The notes below the pieces were generated by a model. That model did not search any database. It was not told the origin of the DNA and was given only the letters and a program-made list of their open reading frames with translations. The position numbers were made by a program, and so were the translations under genes. From positions 1-45,355 of IMG/VR virus record IMGVR_UViG_3300043220_000071: 45,355 nt of DNA; one strand, written 5' to 3'. The DNA is from a virus. Lineage: Duplodnaviria; Caudoviricetes. Shown here one piece after another: positions 24,790 to 33,398 of the stretch (its first letter is position 1; the number at the start of each line of letters is the position of its first letter).

Positions 24790-24884
24790 CGAAAGTGCCC
24801 CTTTCGGTGTCGGGGAGCCGGGCGTGTAAGCGTCGCGGCTCCTATCTAACTCAGATACAACCATTATACCACTTTTGGCGGGGC

Positions 24885-25118
24885 TCAGTCACCTGATGGG
24901 TTCTCCCGCGCACGCTCACGTTCGCAATTCTTACACGTAGGAAGGTCACGCCAGTCTTGCGGCCAATCGGAACGCTCAGATGCCACGGGACCAACTCCGC
25001 ACAATGCCCGCTCAGCATGGTAAGGAGCCTTCTCTTGTACCCAGGCTAAGTGAAGTCGCCCGCCGCTACCCACAAGCCCCCTAATAACCCGCCAAGCGTC
25101 GAAGTCTATCGGGCTCAT
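24885..25118 (-). CDS. Hypothetical protein
   Basis: H..ALCG..TCKNC motif; GGAGG RBS. Confidence 0.65.
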   Translation of the reverse strand: MSPIDFDAWRVIRGLVGSGGRLHLAWVQEKAPYHAERALCGVGPVASERSDWPQDWRDLPTCKNCERERARENPSGD

Positions 25119-25435
25119 GTCTCCTCCCCTGGGGCTAGGGCAGCACGGTAAGGGCAGTCATCCTGTGGGTGCCGCCCGTCAGCCCAGCCACAATAAGGGC
25201 AACCTCTCGTTTCCACTACGCTCCTCAACAACCGCAGCGCTTCCCGCAGCCTCTCCCCCTGGGCCAGCCGCGCCGCAGCAGCCGAGGAGGTGTTGGCGGC
25301 CCTCAATTCCTCATCGGCCAGCCTCTCTATCTCGGCAGGCAAGGCTCCGTATTCATGGGCCTTATCGCGGATTCTCGTTATCGCGGCCACCAGCACCGCC
25401 TTCTCCGCGTCGCAGGTCTCCGTGCATTTCGTCAT
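25115..25435 (-). CDS. Hypothetical protein
   Basis: 106 aa with CPYCG..H..DC motif. Confidence 0.65.
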   Translation of the reverse strand: MTKCTETCDAEKAVLVAAITRIRDKAHEYGALPAEIERLADEELRAANTSSAAAARLAQGERLREALRLLRSVVETRGCPYCGWADGRHPQDDCPYRAALAPGEET

Positions 25436-25662
25436 GGGCGGGCCTCCGATGGCATCCAGCCTGCTTCGAGCATGGCGTCCATCGCCTCCTCACACTCCTT
25501 CCAGCATTGTTGCGGCAAGGAAGGCGGGGTTGGACAATGGGTGCGGTGGATCACATCGCGGGCGTTCTCTAAGGCGAGGAGCATACGCTGGTGCTGTGTC
25601 CAGACCTCGTTGAACCGCTTTTGTAATCGGTCTAAGGCTGCGGCGTAGTCTGTGATTATCAT
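25432..25662 (-). CDS. Hypothetical protein
   Basis: GGAGG RBS before MIITDY. Confidence 0.6.
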   Translation of the reverse strand: MIITDYAAALDRLQKRFNEVWTQHQRMLLALENARDVIHRTHCPTPPSLPQQCWKECEEAMDAMLEAGWMPSEARP

Positions 25663-25777
25663 GCGTCCTCCACTACGAGCAGATTGCAGGGGGCGCAGCC
25701 GTACGTCCTCACCCTCATCTGATTCTCCATAATCAACTGCTTCATCCACTGCGAGCACCTGGGGCATTGGGGTGGGC

Positions 25778-26059
25778 TCATGCCATAGCCTCCTTGATGG
25801 CGTCGCGGGCCTCTTGGCAGATACGGTAGGGGCAGTCCTTAAAAGTCAGTTCGTGAACGTCTTTATAGTGCAGGTTCCCTGCGAACCGCTTTGCCAGAGC
25901 TTCCAACCGCTCTATCGTGTGACCGCAGTCACAATCCGCTAGCCCGCACAATGGTTTCCTCACGTCGCCTTCTCCTCCTTCTCCCTTGCCTCTAGTTGTC
26001 CCATTGCCAGGACTTGTTGCACCGAGTACAGCCGCCCCATGTTGATTGGCAACGGCCAT
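25778..26059 (-). CDS. Hypothetical protein (start probably internal, near 25963)
   Basis: LCGLADCDC...CPYRIC; AAGGAGG upstream of an internal GTG. Confidence 0.5.
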   Translation of the reverse strand: MAVANQHGAAVLGATSPGNGTTRGKGEGGEGDVRKPLCGLADCDCGHTIERLEALAKRFAGNLHYKDVHELTFKDCPYRICQEARDAIKEAMA

Positions 26060-26118
26060 ACTCGTCTACGTTCTGGCCCGTCACCACGTTGTCATGAACC
26101 CCGAGTAGACAGAGCAAT

Positions 26119-26439
26119 TTACCCAGCATCTTGCTTCTCCTTCGCCTCATCGGGCGTGATGTCGATGGCGGCACGGGCACCCTGACACCCCCAGCGCAGA
26201 CAATCCCGCCACTTGCCATCGTGCATCCGGTCAGCGTGCAGTGCTGTAGCGCAGTCCTCCAGCACCTTCCCGCGCAGCCTGGCCTGCGCCTCAGCACCCT
26301 CCAGCGCGGTCTGTAGGCGGGCGACCTCGGCACGGTAATACTGTGCGTCGAATCGGTGTTCCCCGATATGGCCTTCCTCAACAAGGCAGCGCCAGAGGCC
26401 CGATGCATCTTCTGCTTGTGCCTTACACTGGCTCATCAT
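26119..26439 (-). CDS. Hypothetical protein
   Basis: 106 aa, ATGA-coupled, GGAGG RBS. Confidence 0.6.
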   Translation of the reverse strand: MMSQCKAQAEDASGLWRCLVEEGHIGEHRFDAQYYRAEVARLQTALEGAEAQARLRGKVLEDCATALHADRMHDGKWRDCLRWGCQGARAAIDITPDEAKEKQDAG

Positions 26440-26981
26440 TCCCCCTCCTTGGACAGGATGCGGTCAAGCTCGTTCACCCCAACGCTGTACTTAGCCCTAC
26501 GACGCAACTCCTCCACCGCACCCAGCTTCCCCTGCGCCTCGTCGCGCTCACGTAGAAAACCTTCTGCCTGCTTGATAACCTTGTTCCAACCCTCTTCACA
26601 GCGTCGCCAGTGCCCCTGCGCCTCCTCCAGCGCCTCCAGGGCGGCGAGTAGGCCAGTCGTCCAGTTTCCCTCGAAGGGCACCGTCACGAAGGCCAAGTGT
26701 ATCCCCTTCTGCCCGGCCTCGGCTGCAAAGCAACGAACACAGCGAATTCCCCCAGGCCCACCGACAACAGCCTCCCACTCCTCATCTCGTGCATGCCAGA
26801 CGGCGGCAACTGCCGAACCGCACGAGTCGCATGTTTCGCCGTCTGTAGGCAATCCCTTTGCCGTGTCACGCTCCATCCGTGCCTCGGCGAGGTCGCGATA
26901 GATTGGCTCCGCAGTGTAGCGATAGCGCTTCAAGTCCCGCCGCTCCTCCTGTGTTAGGTGCTTCTGCCAATCGTCAGTCAT
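26436..26981 (-). CDS. Hypothetical protein with Zn-binding motif and coiled coil
   Basis: CDSCG...W.....GGIRCVRCF. Confidence 0.65.
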   Translation of the reverse strand: MTDDWQKHLTQEERRDLKRYRYTAEPIYRDLAEARMERDTAKGLPTDGETCDSCGSAVAAVWHARDEEWEAVVGGPGGIRCVRCFAAEAGQKGIHLAFVTVPFEGNWTTGLLAALEALEEAQGHWRRCEEGWNKVIKQAEGFLRERDEAQGKLGAVEELRRRAKYSVGVNELDRILSKEGE

Positions 26982-27032
26982 GGCCCCTCCGTCGCCGCCT
27001 CGCACCGCTTCTTGGCCGCTAGGGTGTCAAGC

Positions 27033-27323
27033 TCAGTCATCCCAGGTTTCCTTGCTATAGAGTCGGCCCTGGTAGGCCAGGGGCCAGAATGGGAAGTGGG
27101 CCTTTTCGTTGGCGAAGGCCTCAATGTCGGGGAGCGGCACATCATCCTGAACTAAGATATATAGGCCGGTGCTGTACGGGATGTTCCACGAGTCGATGAC
27201 CTGAATAGGCACGTCGCGCACCTGCCGCGTCGAATAAAGATACGGGCTACGGTGCCGGTTCTTGGCCCCGCAGCTACCGCAGATATAAGTGTCCTTGTCA
27301 TCCGGCCTCTTAGACTGCCTCAT
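27033..27323 (-). CDS. Hypothetical protein
   Basis: GGAGG RBS, ATGA overlap with the VRR-NUC gene. Confidence 0.6.
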   Translation of the reverse strand: MRQSKRPDDKDTYICGSCGAKNRHRSPYLYSTRQVRDVPIQVIDSWNIPYSTGLYILVQDDVPLPDIEAFANEKAHFPFWPLAYQGRLYSKETWDD

Positions 27324-27619
27324 TCGCTTCCTCCATTTTGATATGGGCTCAGCACACGCTCTATCTGCTTCCAGCACGAAGGGCGCCAGCAATACGCCTT
27401 GCACTTCCCCGTGCCAGCCAGTATCCACAGCCACTCCGCTTGTTCCGGCGTCAGCTTCGCGTTCACCTTCAACTCAGCCACCACCACTTGCCCGTCACGG
27501 GCCATGAACAGATCCGGCCAGCCCTTCGGTGAGTGCATGGAGTTCCACGTCCAAGCCACCTTCCAGCCCCGCAGCTTCGCCAGATCCACAACGGCCCGCT
27601 GGAAGTCGCTTTCCCTCAT
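27320..27619 (-). CDS. VRR-NUC domain nuclease (Holliday junction resolvase-like)
   Basis: ESDFQRAVV...GW...GWPDL...ELK....LTPEQAEW PD-(D/E)xK pattern. Confidence 0.9.
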   Translation of the reverse strand: MRESDFQRAVVDLAKLRGWKVAWTWNSMHSPKGWPDLFMARDGQVVVAELKVNAKLTPEQAEWLWILAGTGKCKAYCWRPSCWKQIERVLSPYQNGGSE

Positions 27620-27807
27620 TCTTCCTCCCAGTCCCAGGTGAACCGTATCCGCCAGTCTCGGCCTTCATAGAGCTGGTTAACCAGTTCCTCGAAGTCCTTC
27701 GCAGACCGTTCTAAGAACTCGACAGGTGTCTCGGTCAGCCCCATCCTGTAATACTTTGGGGGGTAGACCTCGATTCGGTGGTTAATTGCTTTCCGTTGTT
27801 CGCTCAT
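27616..27807 (-). CDS. Hypothetical protein
   Basis: GGAGG RBS, ATGA-coupled. Confidence 0.6.
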   Translation of the reverse strand: MSEQRKAINHRIEVYPPKYYRMGLTETPVEFLERSAKDFEELVNQLYEGRDWRIRFTWDWEEE

Positions 27808-28010
27808 TTCCCCTCCCAGTGACACGGGCGCTCGTAAGTCCACGACCGCAGCAAAGTACCATCGTTGTCCAGGACTGATACCGCGTAGGCGTGCATCTTC
27901 CGGCACCTATCCCCGCATCGCGCCGGCCCGATACGGATACCGCTCCACACGGGCCAGCCCCGGTTCTCAATCCAGTCATGGATGAGGTCATGAATGTCAG
28001 GCTTCCTCAT
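27804..28010 (-). CDS. Hypothetical protein
   Basis: 68 aa, coupled. Confidence 0.55.
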   Translation of the reverse strand: MRKPDIHDLIHDWIENRGWPVWSGIRIGPARCGDRCRKMHAYAVSVLDNDGTLLRSWTYERPCHWEGK

Positions 28011-28188
28011 CCCACACCCGTTCTTGTGGCGCGCTCTGAAGCGTCTCCTTTACGTTGAAGCCGGACTTATACGCTGTCCGGTATTCACGCTCTTGGCCGC
28101 AGTTTTCGCACACCGCCTTGACCGTCTCGGTGCCGTGCGGCGTCTCAATGCGCTCTTTATGGACACAGGGCGGGGCTGCGGTTGTCAT
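27997..28188 (-). CDS. Small Zn-binding hypothetical protein
   Basis: CVH...CENCG. Confidence 0.6.
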   Translation of the reverse strand: MTTAAPPCVHKERIETPHGTETVKAVCENCGQEREYRTAYKSGFNVKETLQSAPQERVWDEEA

Positions 28189-28190
28189 GG

Positions 28191-28394
28191 CTAAGCGTTC
28201 TGCAACTTCAGCGCCTTAAGCACGACTCCTTGGCAACCTAGACACAAATCGAAAGAGTGGAATCTGACGGAAGTTTCAGTCACCCTCTCGTGAAGCCGCA
28301 CCGCCGTCCAGTGATCTGGTAAAGAGTCGTACTTAAAATGCGCTTTGGCGCCGCAGATATCGCAGGTTGCTGTCTTTATCGTCAGCGTACTCAC
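28191..28394 (-). CDS. Small zinc-finger protein
   Basis: TCDICG...DLCLGC. Confidence 0.7.
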   Translation of the reverse strand: MSTLTIKTATCDICGAKAHFKYDSLPDHWTAVRLHERVTETSVRFHSFDLCLGCQGVVLKALKLQNA

Positions 28395-28410
28395 GTCACC
28401 TTTTCTCCCT

Positions 28411-29055
28411 TCACCAGCAATGTGGCCAGCCCGCGCTAGTCCCCGGACTCACCATCGACGCCCACTCAGCTACGTTGTAGCCCTGGTGATAGGCGCTGTA
28501 CGGGTCCGCCAGGCCGGTGATAGCCGACACGATTGCCCACGTCCCAGGGTCGAACTGGGCGAGCCCTAAGTGATACCCGCCGGGATCCACGCGCCACGAG
28601 GATTCGCACTTCACCATCGCTACGACTCGCTCCTCCGGGTAGGGCGCTCCTCCGTCTCGGTAGCCTTGGAGGAAGCGGAGGGCGGTGTCGCAGTCCCAAT
28701 CGGGGGCACAGATAAGGGTTTCCCACTCCGAATGTCGGGCCGCTCCAGCCACTGAATCGGCAACCCCCGACGAATCCTCTCCGTCTGCTCCCGCCCCCAA
28801 TCCTGCCACGCCGTTGACGGCTTCGGGAGTCTGTGGCAGCGGCAGAACAGGCGATGGAGTGAGAGCATCTAAGCGCTCGGTTCGCAGCGGCACAGTGGGT
28901 AAGGCTCCCCGCAAGCACCACAACGGGCCATCATAATATTCGGATGGGCTGCAATCTTGCGAACCCGCTCCTCCTTGTCGGGACAATCGCACTTCGATAG
29001 GTGCTTCTGGCAGACCGCGCAATACATCGTCGCCTCCTAGCGTCACCAGCCCCAC
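28411..29055 (-). CDS. Rpf-like/lysozyme-fold transglycosylase
   Basis: MVKCESSW (catalytic Glu), GLAQFDPGTW, DPYSAYHQ, GWPHC, matching resuscitation-promoting-factor domain motifs. Confidence 0.8.
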   Translation of the reverse strand: MGLVTLGGDDVLRGLPEAPIEVRLSRQGGAGSQDCSPSEYYDGPLWCLRGALPTVPLRTERLDALTPSPVLPLPQTPEAVNGVAGLGAGADGEDSSGVADSVAGAARHSEWETLICAPDWDCDTALRFLQGYRDGGAPYPEERVVAMVKCESSWRVDPGGYHLGLAQFDPGTWAIVSAITGLADPYSAYHQGYNVAEWASMVSPGTSAGWPHCW

Positions 29056-29077
29056 CAGAAGCAGGGCCAGAGCTAAC

Positions 29078-29236
29078 TTAGTGTGGTGCGGTCTGATCCT
29101 TACCTACGCTGATGTTCAGAGCTGACGCGCAGGCCCCACAGATACTCCCCCGCTTTAGAGCCCCAGTTAAGGCTTTCGGCTTAGAACACGGCACGACGCG
29201 CCCACAGAAGGTGCAGTGGATATGCTCAGCTACCAT
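29078..29236 (-). CDS. 52-aa ClpX-type C4 zinc-finger micro-protein
   Basis: GGGAGG RBS; HCTFCGR...SICGAC; not in the ORF track. Confidence 0.65.
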   Translation of the reverse strand: MVAEHIHCTFCGRVVPCSKPKALTGALKRGSICGACASALNISVGKDQTAPH

Positions 29237-29245
29237 CGAAGCCTC

Positions 29246-29258
29246 CCATCACGAAATG
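29246..29258 (+). promoter_or_regulatory. 13-bp motif CCATCACGAAATG, copy 3
   Basis: Exact copy abutting the RBS of 29078..29236. Confidence 0.7.
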
Positions 29259-29348
29259 CACAGGTCGCACCCTAACCGTAATAGTTCCTATAAGACATAA
29301 AGAGAAGAGTGCCAAAAGCACTTGACGGTTTAGTTGACGGTTTGGGTG

Positions 29349-29660
29349 CTAGCAGTTCAACCCCCCAGGGGTATCGGTTCGCACCCCTGCTAAAATCGCA
29401 TCCCCCACTAGAATCTTGTACGTATTCACCCCGTAAGGCCCCGTGCCGACGTCGCGGACTATGAGGCCGCTGCGCTCCAAGTCACCCAGCAAATCCCGCA
29501 CGTAGCGTTCCGACACGCGAGCCTTCCTTGACAATGCCGCAACACCCGGCCAACAGATGCCGTTCTCGTTGGCGTAGTCGGCCAGCGCCAGCAGAACCAG
29601 CAATGTAGCCCCGCTTACATCAGCGTGCTTCCAAACTGCGCTCATGACCTCAATGCTCAC
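29349..29660 (-). CDS. Replication-initiator-type N-terminal winged HTH protein (short or truncated)
   Basis: SIEVMSAVW...LLVLLALADYANENGICWPGVAALSRKARVSERYVR..L..LE..GLI. Confidence 0.8.
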   Translation of the reverse strand: MSIEVMSAVWKHADVSGATLLVLLALADYANENGICWPGVAALSRKARVSERYVRDLLGDLERSGLIVRDVGTGPYGVNTYKILVGDAILAGVRTDTPGGLNC

Positions 29661-29731
29661 AATGCCCTCCGCACCTATGCCTCGCCACACCCGCCAACGG
29701 CACACGCAGAACCGACTAAGCTCGTGGACAT

Positions 29732-30079
29732 TTATGGCCCTTCCATTCGGCGCGGGGTATTGCAACCTTGCAATTCGGGCATGGATACCCCCAGCGGCGC
29801 CGGCCCACGGTCCTCAGCCCCAGCCTCCACCTCGCGTATCTCACCAGCGGCGAGTTCGCCATCGGGACACCTACACTTCCCGTTCAGGTGATGTAGTACC
29901 GACGTGTGATTCACCAAGCCCAGGATGTCCGCTATCTCTGTAAGGGTGTAGTTCTCTGCACGCAGAGCCACCATATGCTCGTGCCTAAGCTGGACGTTTT
30001 CCTGCGCCCTGAAGGGTATGTATCGCAGTCGGCGAAACATCGTCGCGCAATCCGCGAGCGCTGCATCTAGCGCCTTCAT
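29732..30079 (-). CDS. DNA-binding protein with DnaA C-terminal-like HTH
   Basis: YTLTEIADILGLVNHTSVLHHL resembles the DnaA domain IV HTH. Confidence 0.7.
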   Translation of the reverse strand: MKALDAALADCATMFRRLRYIPFRAQENVQLRHEHMVALRAENYTLTEIADILGLVNHTSVLHHLNGKCRCPDGELAAGEIREVEAGAEDRGPAPLGVSMPELQGCNTPRRMEGP

Positions 30080-31137
30080 CCTTGCTCCTCCAGCCCTTCA
30101 AGGAACTGCCCGATCTCAGGCCACTCAGCGATGCCGAACTCCCTGGCCTTTTGCCACAATTCTTCCAGCGTCCACCGCTTCACCTTCGGCTTCGTCCCCT
30201 TGACTTGGCGACGGAATTCTGCCACCGACCACTGTTCCTCTTCGCACTTGTCCAGCCACATCTCCATGTCTTCGCGGTTCAGCCCCAACATCACGACATG
30301 GTGGGAGAAACGCAGCCCGGTGCGCCTCATGTTCTTCGGGACCGCCTCACAGACGTACATGATGTTGGCCATAGATTCGTGGACGTAGCCGAAGTCACAG
30401 ATGTACTGCTCCGCCTCTTCTCCTAGCTCGGCCCGCCAAGCGTTAGCAGTGTCGCCGGCGATCCATTGGCGGTTCCATTCGGTGTCATGGATTTGTTGGG
30501 CGATTGCTACGCGCTGTTCGTGGGTTAGAGGAGAAGAAGCGCTAGAATCACCAGCACTATCAGGAGCCACATGAAGCTCACCACCATCGCCGCCGCCAAC
30601 ATCTCTCGCTGGCCCCGTCTCAGCCCCAGCCGGTAAGCCCTCTGGGTTGCTGGCCGAACCTTGTCGTTCTTCATCGCTTTCCTCCTTGCTCAGTGATGGT
30701 GCCGAGGAACCACGGTGCGCAGCCGTGTTCGGCATAGGCCTCACTGCAAGTGCCGCCTCAGCACCATCACTCAACCGGCCAGCTTCCTCGCCCTCCTCTA
30801 CCCGCTGGCCAACGTTCGGGCTGCGCGTTGTGGCATCTGGCATCACCTCCTTTTGAACCAAGCACTTGTAGCGCTTGCTGACCTCAACAGGGACTTTAAT
30901 CCAGACGCCCTTAGCCTTACGCCACTCAAAGAATCCGTCCTTCACGCGGGTTTCTAGTACATGGCGGTGCTTGGCATCGTGGTGGCCCCTACAGAGCGGA
31001 CTCTTGTTCTCAGGTACGTCCCGTTCTTTTGACCCGCCCATCCCCTTCGCCTGAACATGGTCTATGTCGATGTCCTGGTCCGTGCCGCAGACCAGGCACA
31101 CGAGGTCTTGGCCCGTGGGTTGCTTAGCGACGGTCAC
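30076..31137 (-). CDS. HNH-like domain fused via a low-complexity linker to an LmbU-like DNA-binding domain
   Basis: N-terminal CLVCG..DIDHVQAKGMGG..N..PLCRGHH..KH; C-terminal QWIAGD..RRTGLRFSHH..WLDKC...WSVAEFR. Confidence 0.7.
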   Translation of the reverse strand: MTVAKQPTGQDLVCLVCGTDQDIDIDHVQAKGMGGSKERDVPENKSPLCRGHHDAKHRHVLETRVKDGFFEWRKAKGVWIKVPVEVSKRYKCLVQKEVMPDATTRSPNVGQRVEEGEEAGRLSDGAEAALAVRPMPNTAAHRGSSAPSLSKEESDEERQGSASNPEGLPAGAETGPARDVGGGDGGELHVAPDSAGDSSASSPLTHEQRVAIAQQIHDTEWNRQWIAGDTANAWRAELGEEAEQYICDFGYVHESMANIMYVCEAVPKNMRRTGLRFSHHVVMLGLNREDMEMWLDKCEEEQWSVAEFRRQVKGTKPKVKRWTLEELWQKAREFGIAEWPEIGQFLEGLEEQG

Positions 31138-31418
31138 GGCCCCTCCCCCGTTAAGACCCACTCAGCCCCGCGCTCATAGGCGGCTTGGGCTTCGGCGGGG
31201 TCGTCGGTGTTGACAACGCCTCTAAGATTCCCCGTCAACCAATTGCTGTGAGGATGGTCTTCGATACGTTCCAAGATTCGGCCAGATGTTGAAAGAAAGT
31301 CAGCTGGTTGGTTGCAGGAAAAGGTACATAGAGACTTCTGGTGCATGCTAGCTCGCCGCCCCTCAAACTCAGCGAAACCCACTAGGCACGGCGGCAGCCC
31401 CTCTCTAGGGTCACTCAC
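31134..31418 (-). CDS. Hypothetical protein
   Basis: 94 aa, GTGA-coupled. Confidence 0.6.
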   Translation of the reverse strand: MSDPREGLPPCLVGFAEFEGRRASMHQKSLCTFSCNQPADFLSTSGRILERIEDHPHSNWLTGNLRGVVNTDDPAEAQAAYERGAEWVLTGEGP

Positions 31419-31882
31419 CTATTCACCCAGTCCTCTAGTGCGCCCGCGAGGTAGGTCATCCCCCCAGCCTTCTCCTCTGGCGTCCCCATGCCGTGCTGTA
31501 GGGCCATAGCAGCCGCCTTAATGCAGGTCTGGCGCACAATGGACGTCTGCCTGTCCGTGGGGGACTCTGAGGGCTCGCTGGTGGTGTCTGGAGGTGGATA
31601 CTCGTATGGAACCTCGTCGGGTGGGAAGTCTTGTTCGGGCGGGAAAACGCTGCCTGGCGCGTCGCTCTCCTGCGGGCGGGACAGATTCTCAATCACGGAG
31701 ATGTACGTCTTGTCGCCCTTTCCTTTGGCGTACTCGATACGCACTCTGTCACCCTGGCGAATGTTGGTATCAAATGGTTTCCCGCGATAATCAGCTAGGC
31801 TCCAGTTGAGCCATTCGCCCTTGTCCACGACCTTGATACCGAACTCGCTCGTGGCCACGACAGTCCCAGTCCATTCAGGCAT
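31415..31882 (-). CDS. Putative OB-fold single-stranded DNA-binding protein
   Basis: Beta-rich N-terminal domain (GDRVRIEY), acidic Pro linker, C-terminal RQTSIVRQTCIKAA helix; GGAGG RBS. Confidence 0.55.
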   Translation of the reverse strand: MPEWTGTVVATSEFGIKVVDKGEWLNWSLADYRGKPFDTNIRQGDRVRIEYAKGKGDKTYISVIENLSRPQESDAPGSVFPPEQDFPPDEVPYEYPPPDTTSEPSESPTDRQTSIVRQTCIKAAAMALQHGMGTPEEKAGGMTYLAGALEDWVNR

Positions 31883-31956
31883 CCTCTTCCTCCATGTGCG
31901 GCGCGGTGTCCAAGGTATTGGCCGAAGCCTGGTCCCGCGCTGAAAACGAAACCATC

Positions 31957-32169
31957 TCACTCTCTCAGCAGTCGTTCTTCGAGCTTGGCGATGGTGTCGC
32001 GGATTCGCTTATGCGCCTCACGGCATCGGGCACAATTGGCTTTGTTATGCTCGGCCAGGTGCAGCGAATGGCCGAGTGCTCTCATGGCCATGGTCAGGAA
32101 CTCTTCGTCAGTCACAGAAACAGGCTCCCTCGCTATGGCATTTCCCCTCACAGATACAGGCGCACTCAT
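31957..32169 (-). CDS. Hypothetical protein
   Basis: 70 aa with H...H....C..C. Confidence 0.55.
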   Translation of the reverse strand: MSAPVSVRGNAIAREPVSVTDEEFLTMAMRALGHSLHLAEHNKANCARCREAHKRIRDTIAKLEERLLRE

Positions 32170-32467
32170 ACTTCCCGTTCCAGCAGAGCTTCCCGCAGCG
32201 CCCCTGTTGTGATGTCCGTTCAGGAATCAAACACTCGCGGCTCGCGCCTTCCCTGCCGCACTTCGAGCAAAACAGGTTACTGCCATGGAAGGGGTGAGTG
32301 CCATCCAGCATCACCATCAACTCGCCTGAGACAGCGTGGGGGACGACTCGGGTTCTGGGCGGCGTCGGGCCGCACTCAGGGCAGCGTACCCAGATGGCGT
32401 ACCACTTGCTGTAACGGATTCGGAATACGCGGCCATCCTCAACGATGATTGTCATATCCACTCCCAT
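32108..32467 (-). CDS. Cys-rich hypothetical protein
   Basis: Multiple Cys motifs including C.CICEGKCH. Confidence 0.55.
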   Translation of the reverse strand: MGVDMTIIVEDGRVFRIRYSKWYAIWVRCPECGPTPPRTRVVPHAVSGELMVMLDGTHPFHGSNLFCSKCGREGASRECLIPERTSQQGRCGKLCWNGKYECACICEGKCHSEGACFCD

Positions 32468-32540
32468 AATCCGATGAGCAGCCCAGCCAGGATGAAGGGG
32501 AACAGGATGGCCATGACGTGATGGAGGATGCGGAGAGGGG

Positions 32541-32756
32541 TCACTTCTTCGCCTCCAAGGACTTCAGCGCACGGCTATATGCAGTGAGTGAGCAACGGCA
32601 ACAGATGTCAGAAGTACAACCGCCGCTAGCTAACCGCACGGTGAAGTGGACATCAACAATCTTGTTCTGAATCTTGGGGTGCGCCGAAAGGTTGGCCCCG
32701 CGCTCAGCACGGAGGTAGAAATTACCGCAGATTTCGCACTTGAATGCGTCGCTCAT
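32541..32756 (-). CDS. Small zinc-finger protein
   Basis: AFKCEICG...DICCRC; AAGGAG RBS. Confidence 0.65.
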   Translation of the reverse strand: MSDAFKCEICGNFYLRAERGANLSAHPKIQNKIVDVHFTVRLASGGCTSDICCRCSLTAYSRALKSLEAKK

Positions 32757-32950
32757 AGCCCCAACTCCTTTGCCCTCTTCGCATTCAGGCAGTTTTTGCA
32801 GACAGGGTAGGGCTTGGCGGTGCGGTTGAGGCCCACACACGGCAATCCGCAAAGTGACGAGCCGTAGAAGCGCTCCACAATGTGGGCAATGGTACTCTCT
32901 AGTCCAAGCTGTCGAGCGTATGCGTATGCCTTCTCCCAGGGGTCTTTCAT
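32753..32950 (-). CDS. Hypothetical Zn-binding protein
   Basis: AHIV..SLCG..VCKNC, similar to 24885..25118. Confidence 0.65.
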   Translation of the reverse strand: MKDPWEKAYAYARQLGLESTIAHIVERFYGSSLCGLPCVGLNRTAKPYPVCKNCLNAKRAKELGL

Positions 32951-33162
32951 GGCTGCACTCCTTCGCCTTTACAGCGCTCGCACCTAATGTCAACAGGCGT
33001 TCCCTCCCACGATTCATCACCAGCATCTATCGCCATCTCACGGGACACCCTGTAGTGCAGCTTCCCCTCACCCCCACATTCCCCACACACCTCTCGTTCC
33101 CTCGCTGCTTCCACAAGGCTCTCGGCTTCTTGCTGGCGGTGCTCGGCTTCTTGTGGGTTCAT
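32947..33162 (-). CDS. DnaJ-type zinc-finger micro-protein
   Basis: CGECGGEG and CERCKGEG (CxxCxGxG twice). Confidence 0.75.
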   Translation of the reverse strand: MNPQEAEHRQQEAESLVEAAREREVCGECGGEGKLHYRVSREMAIDAGDESWEGTPVDIRCERCKGEGVQP

Positions 33163-33398
33163 TTCTCCTCACAGTCGGGGTCTAACTGCTTGGCTTTCTC
33201 GATGAGAGCGCAGCGAGCTATTTCCAGCTCCCCCAACGTTGTCAGAACACCAGGGGGTATCTTGAACCAACCCTCTCCGGCAGGCTCCGACTTTTCGATC
33301 ACTTCCATCAGGACGGCTGCATCCCATTCCAGCCCGTCCACCAACTCATGGATAAGATCACTCTGGCTACGGCGTTTTCTGGCTAGTTCTAGCGTCAT
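33159..33398 (-). CDS. Hypothetical protein
   Basis: AGGAGG RBS, 79 aa. Confidence 0.7.
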   Translation of the reverse strand: MTLELARKRRSQSDLIHELVDGLEWDAAVLMEVIEKSEPAGEGWFKIPPGVLTTLGELEIARCALIEKAKQLDPDCEEK

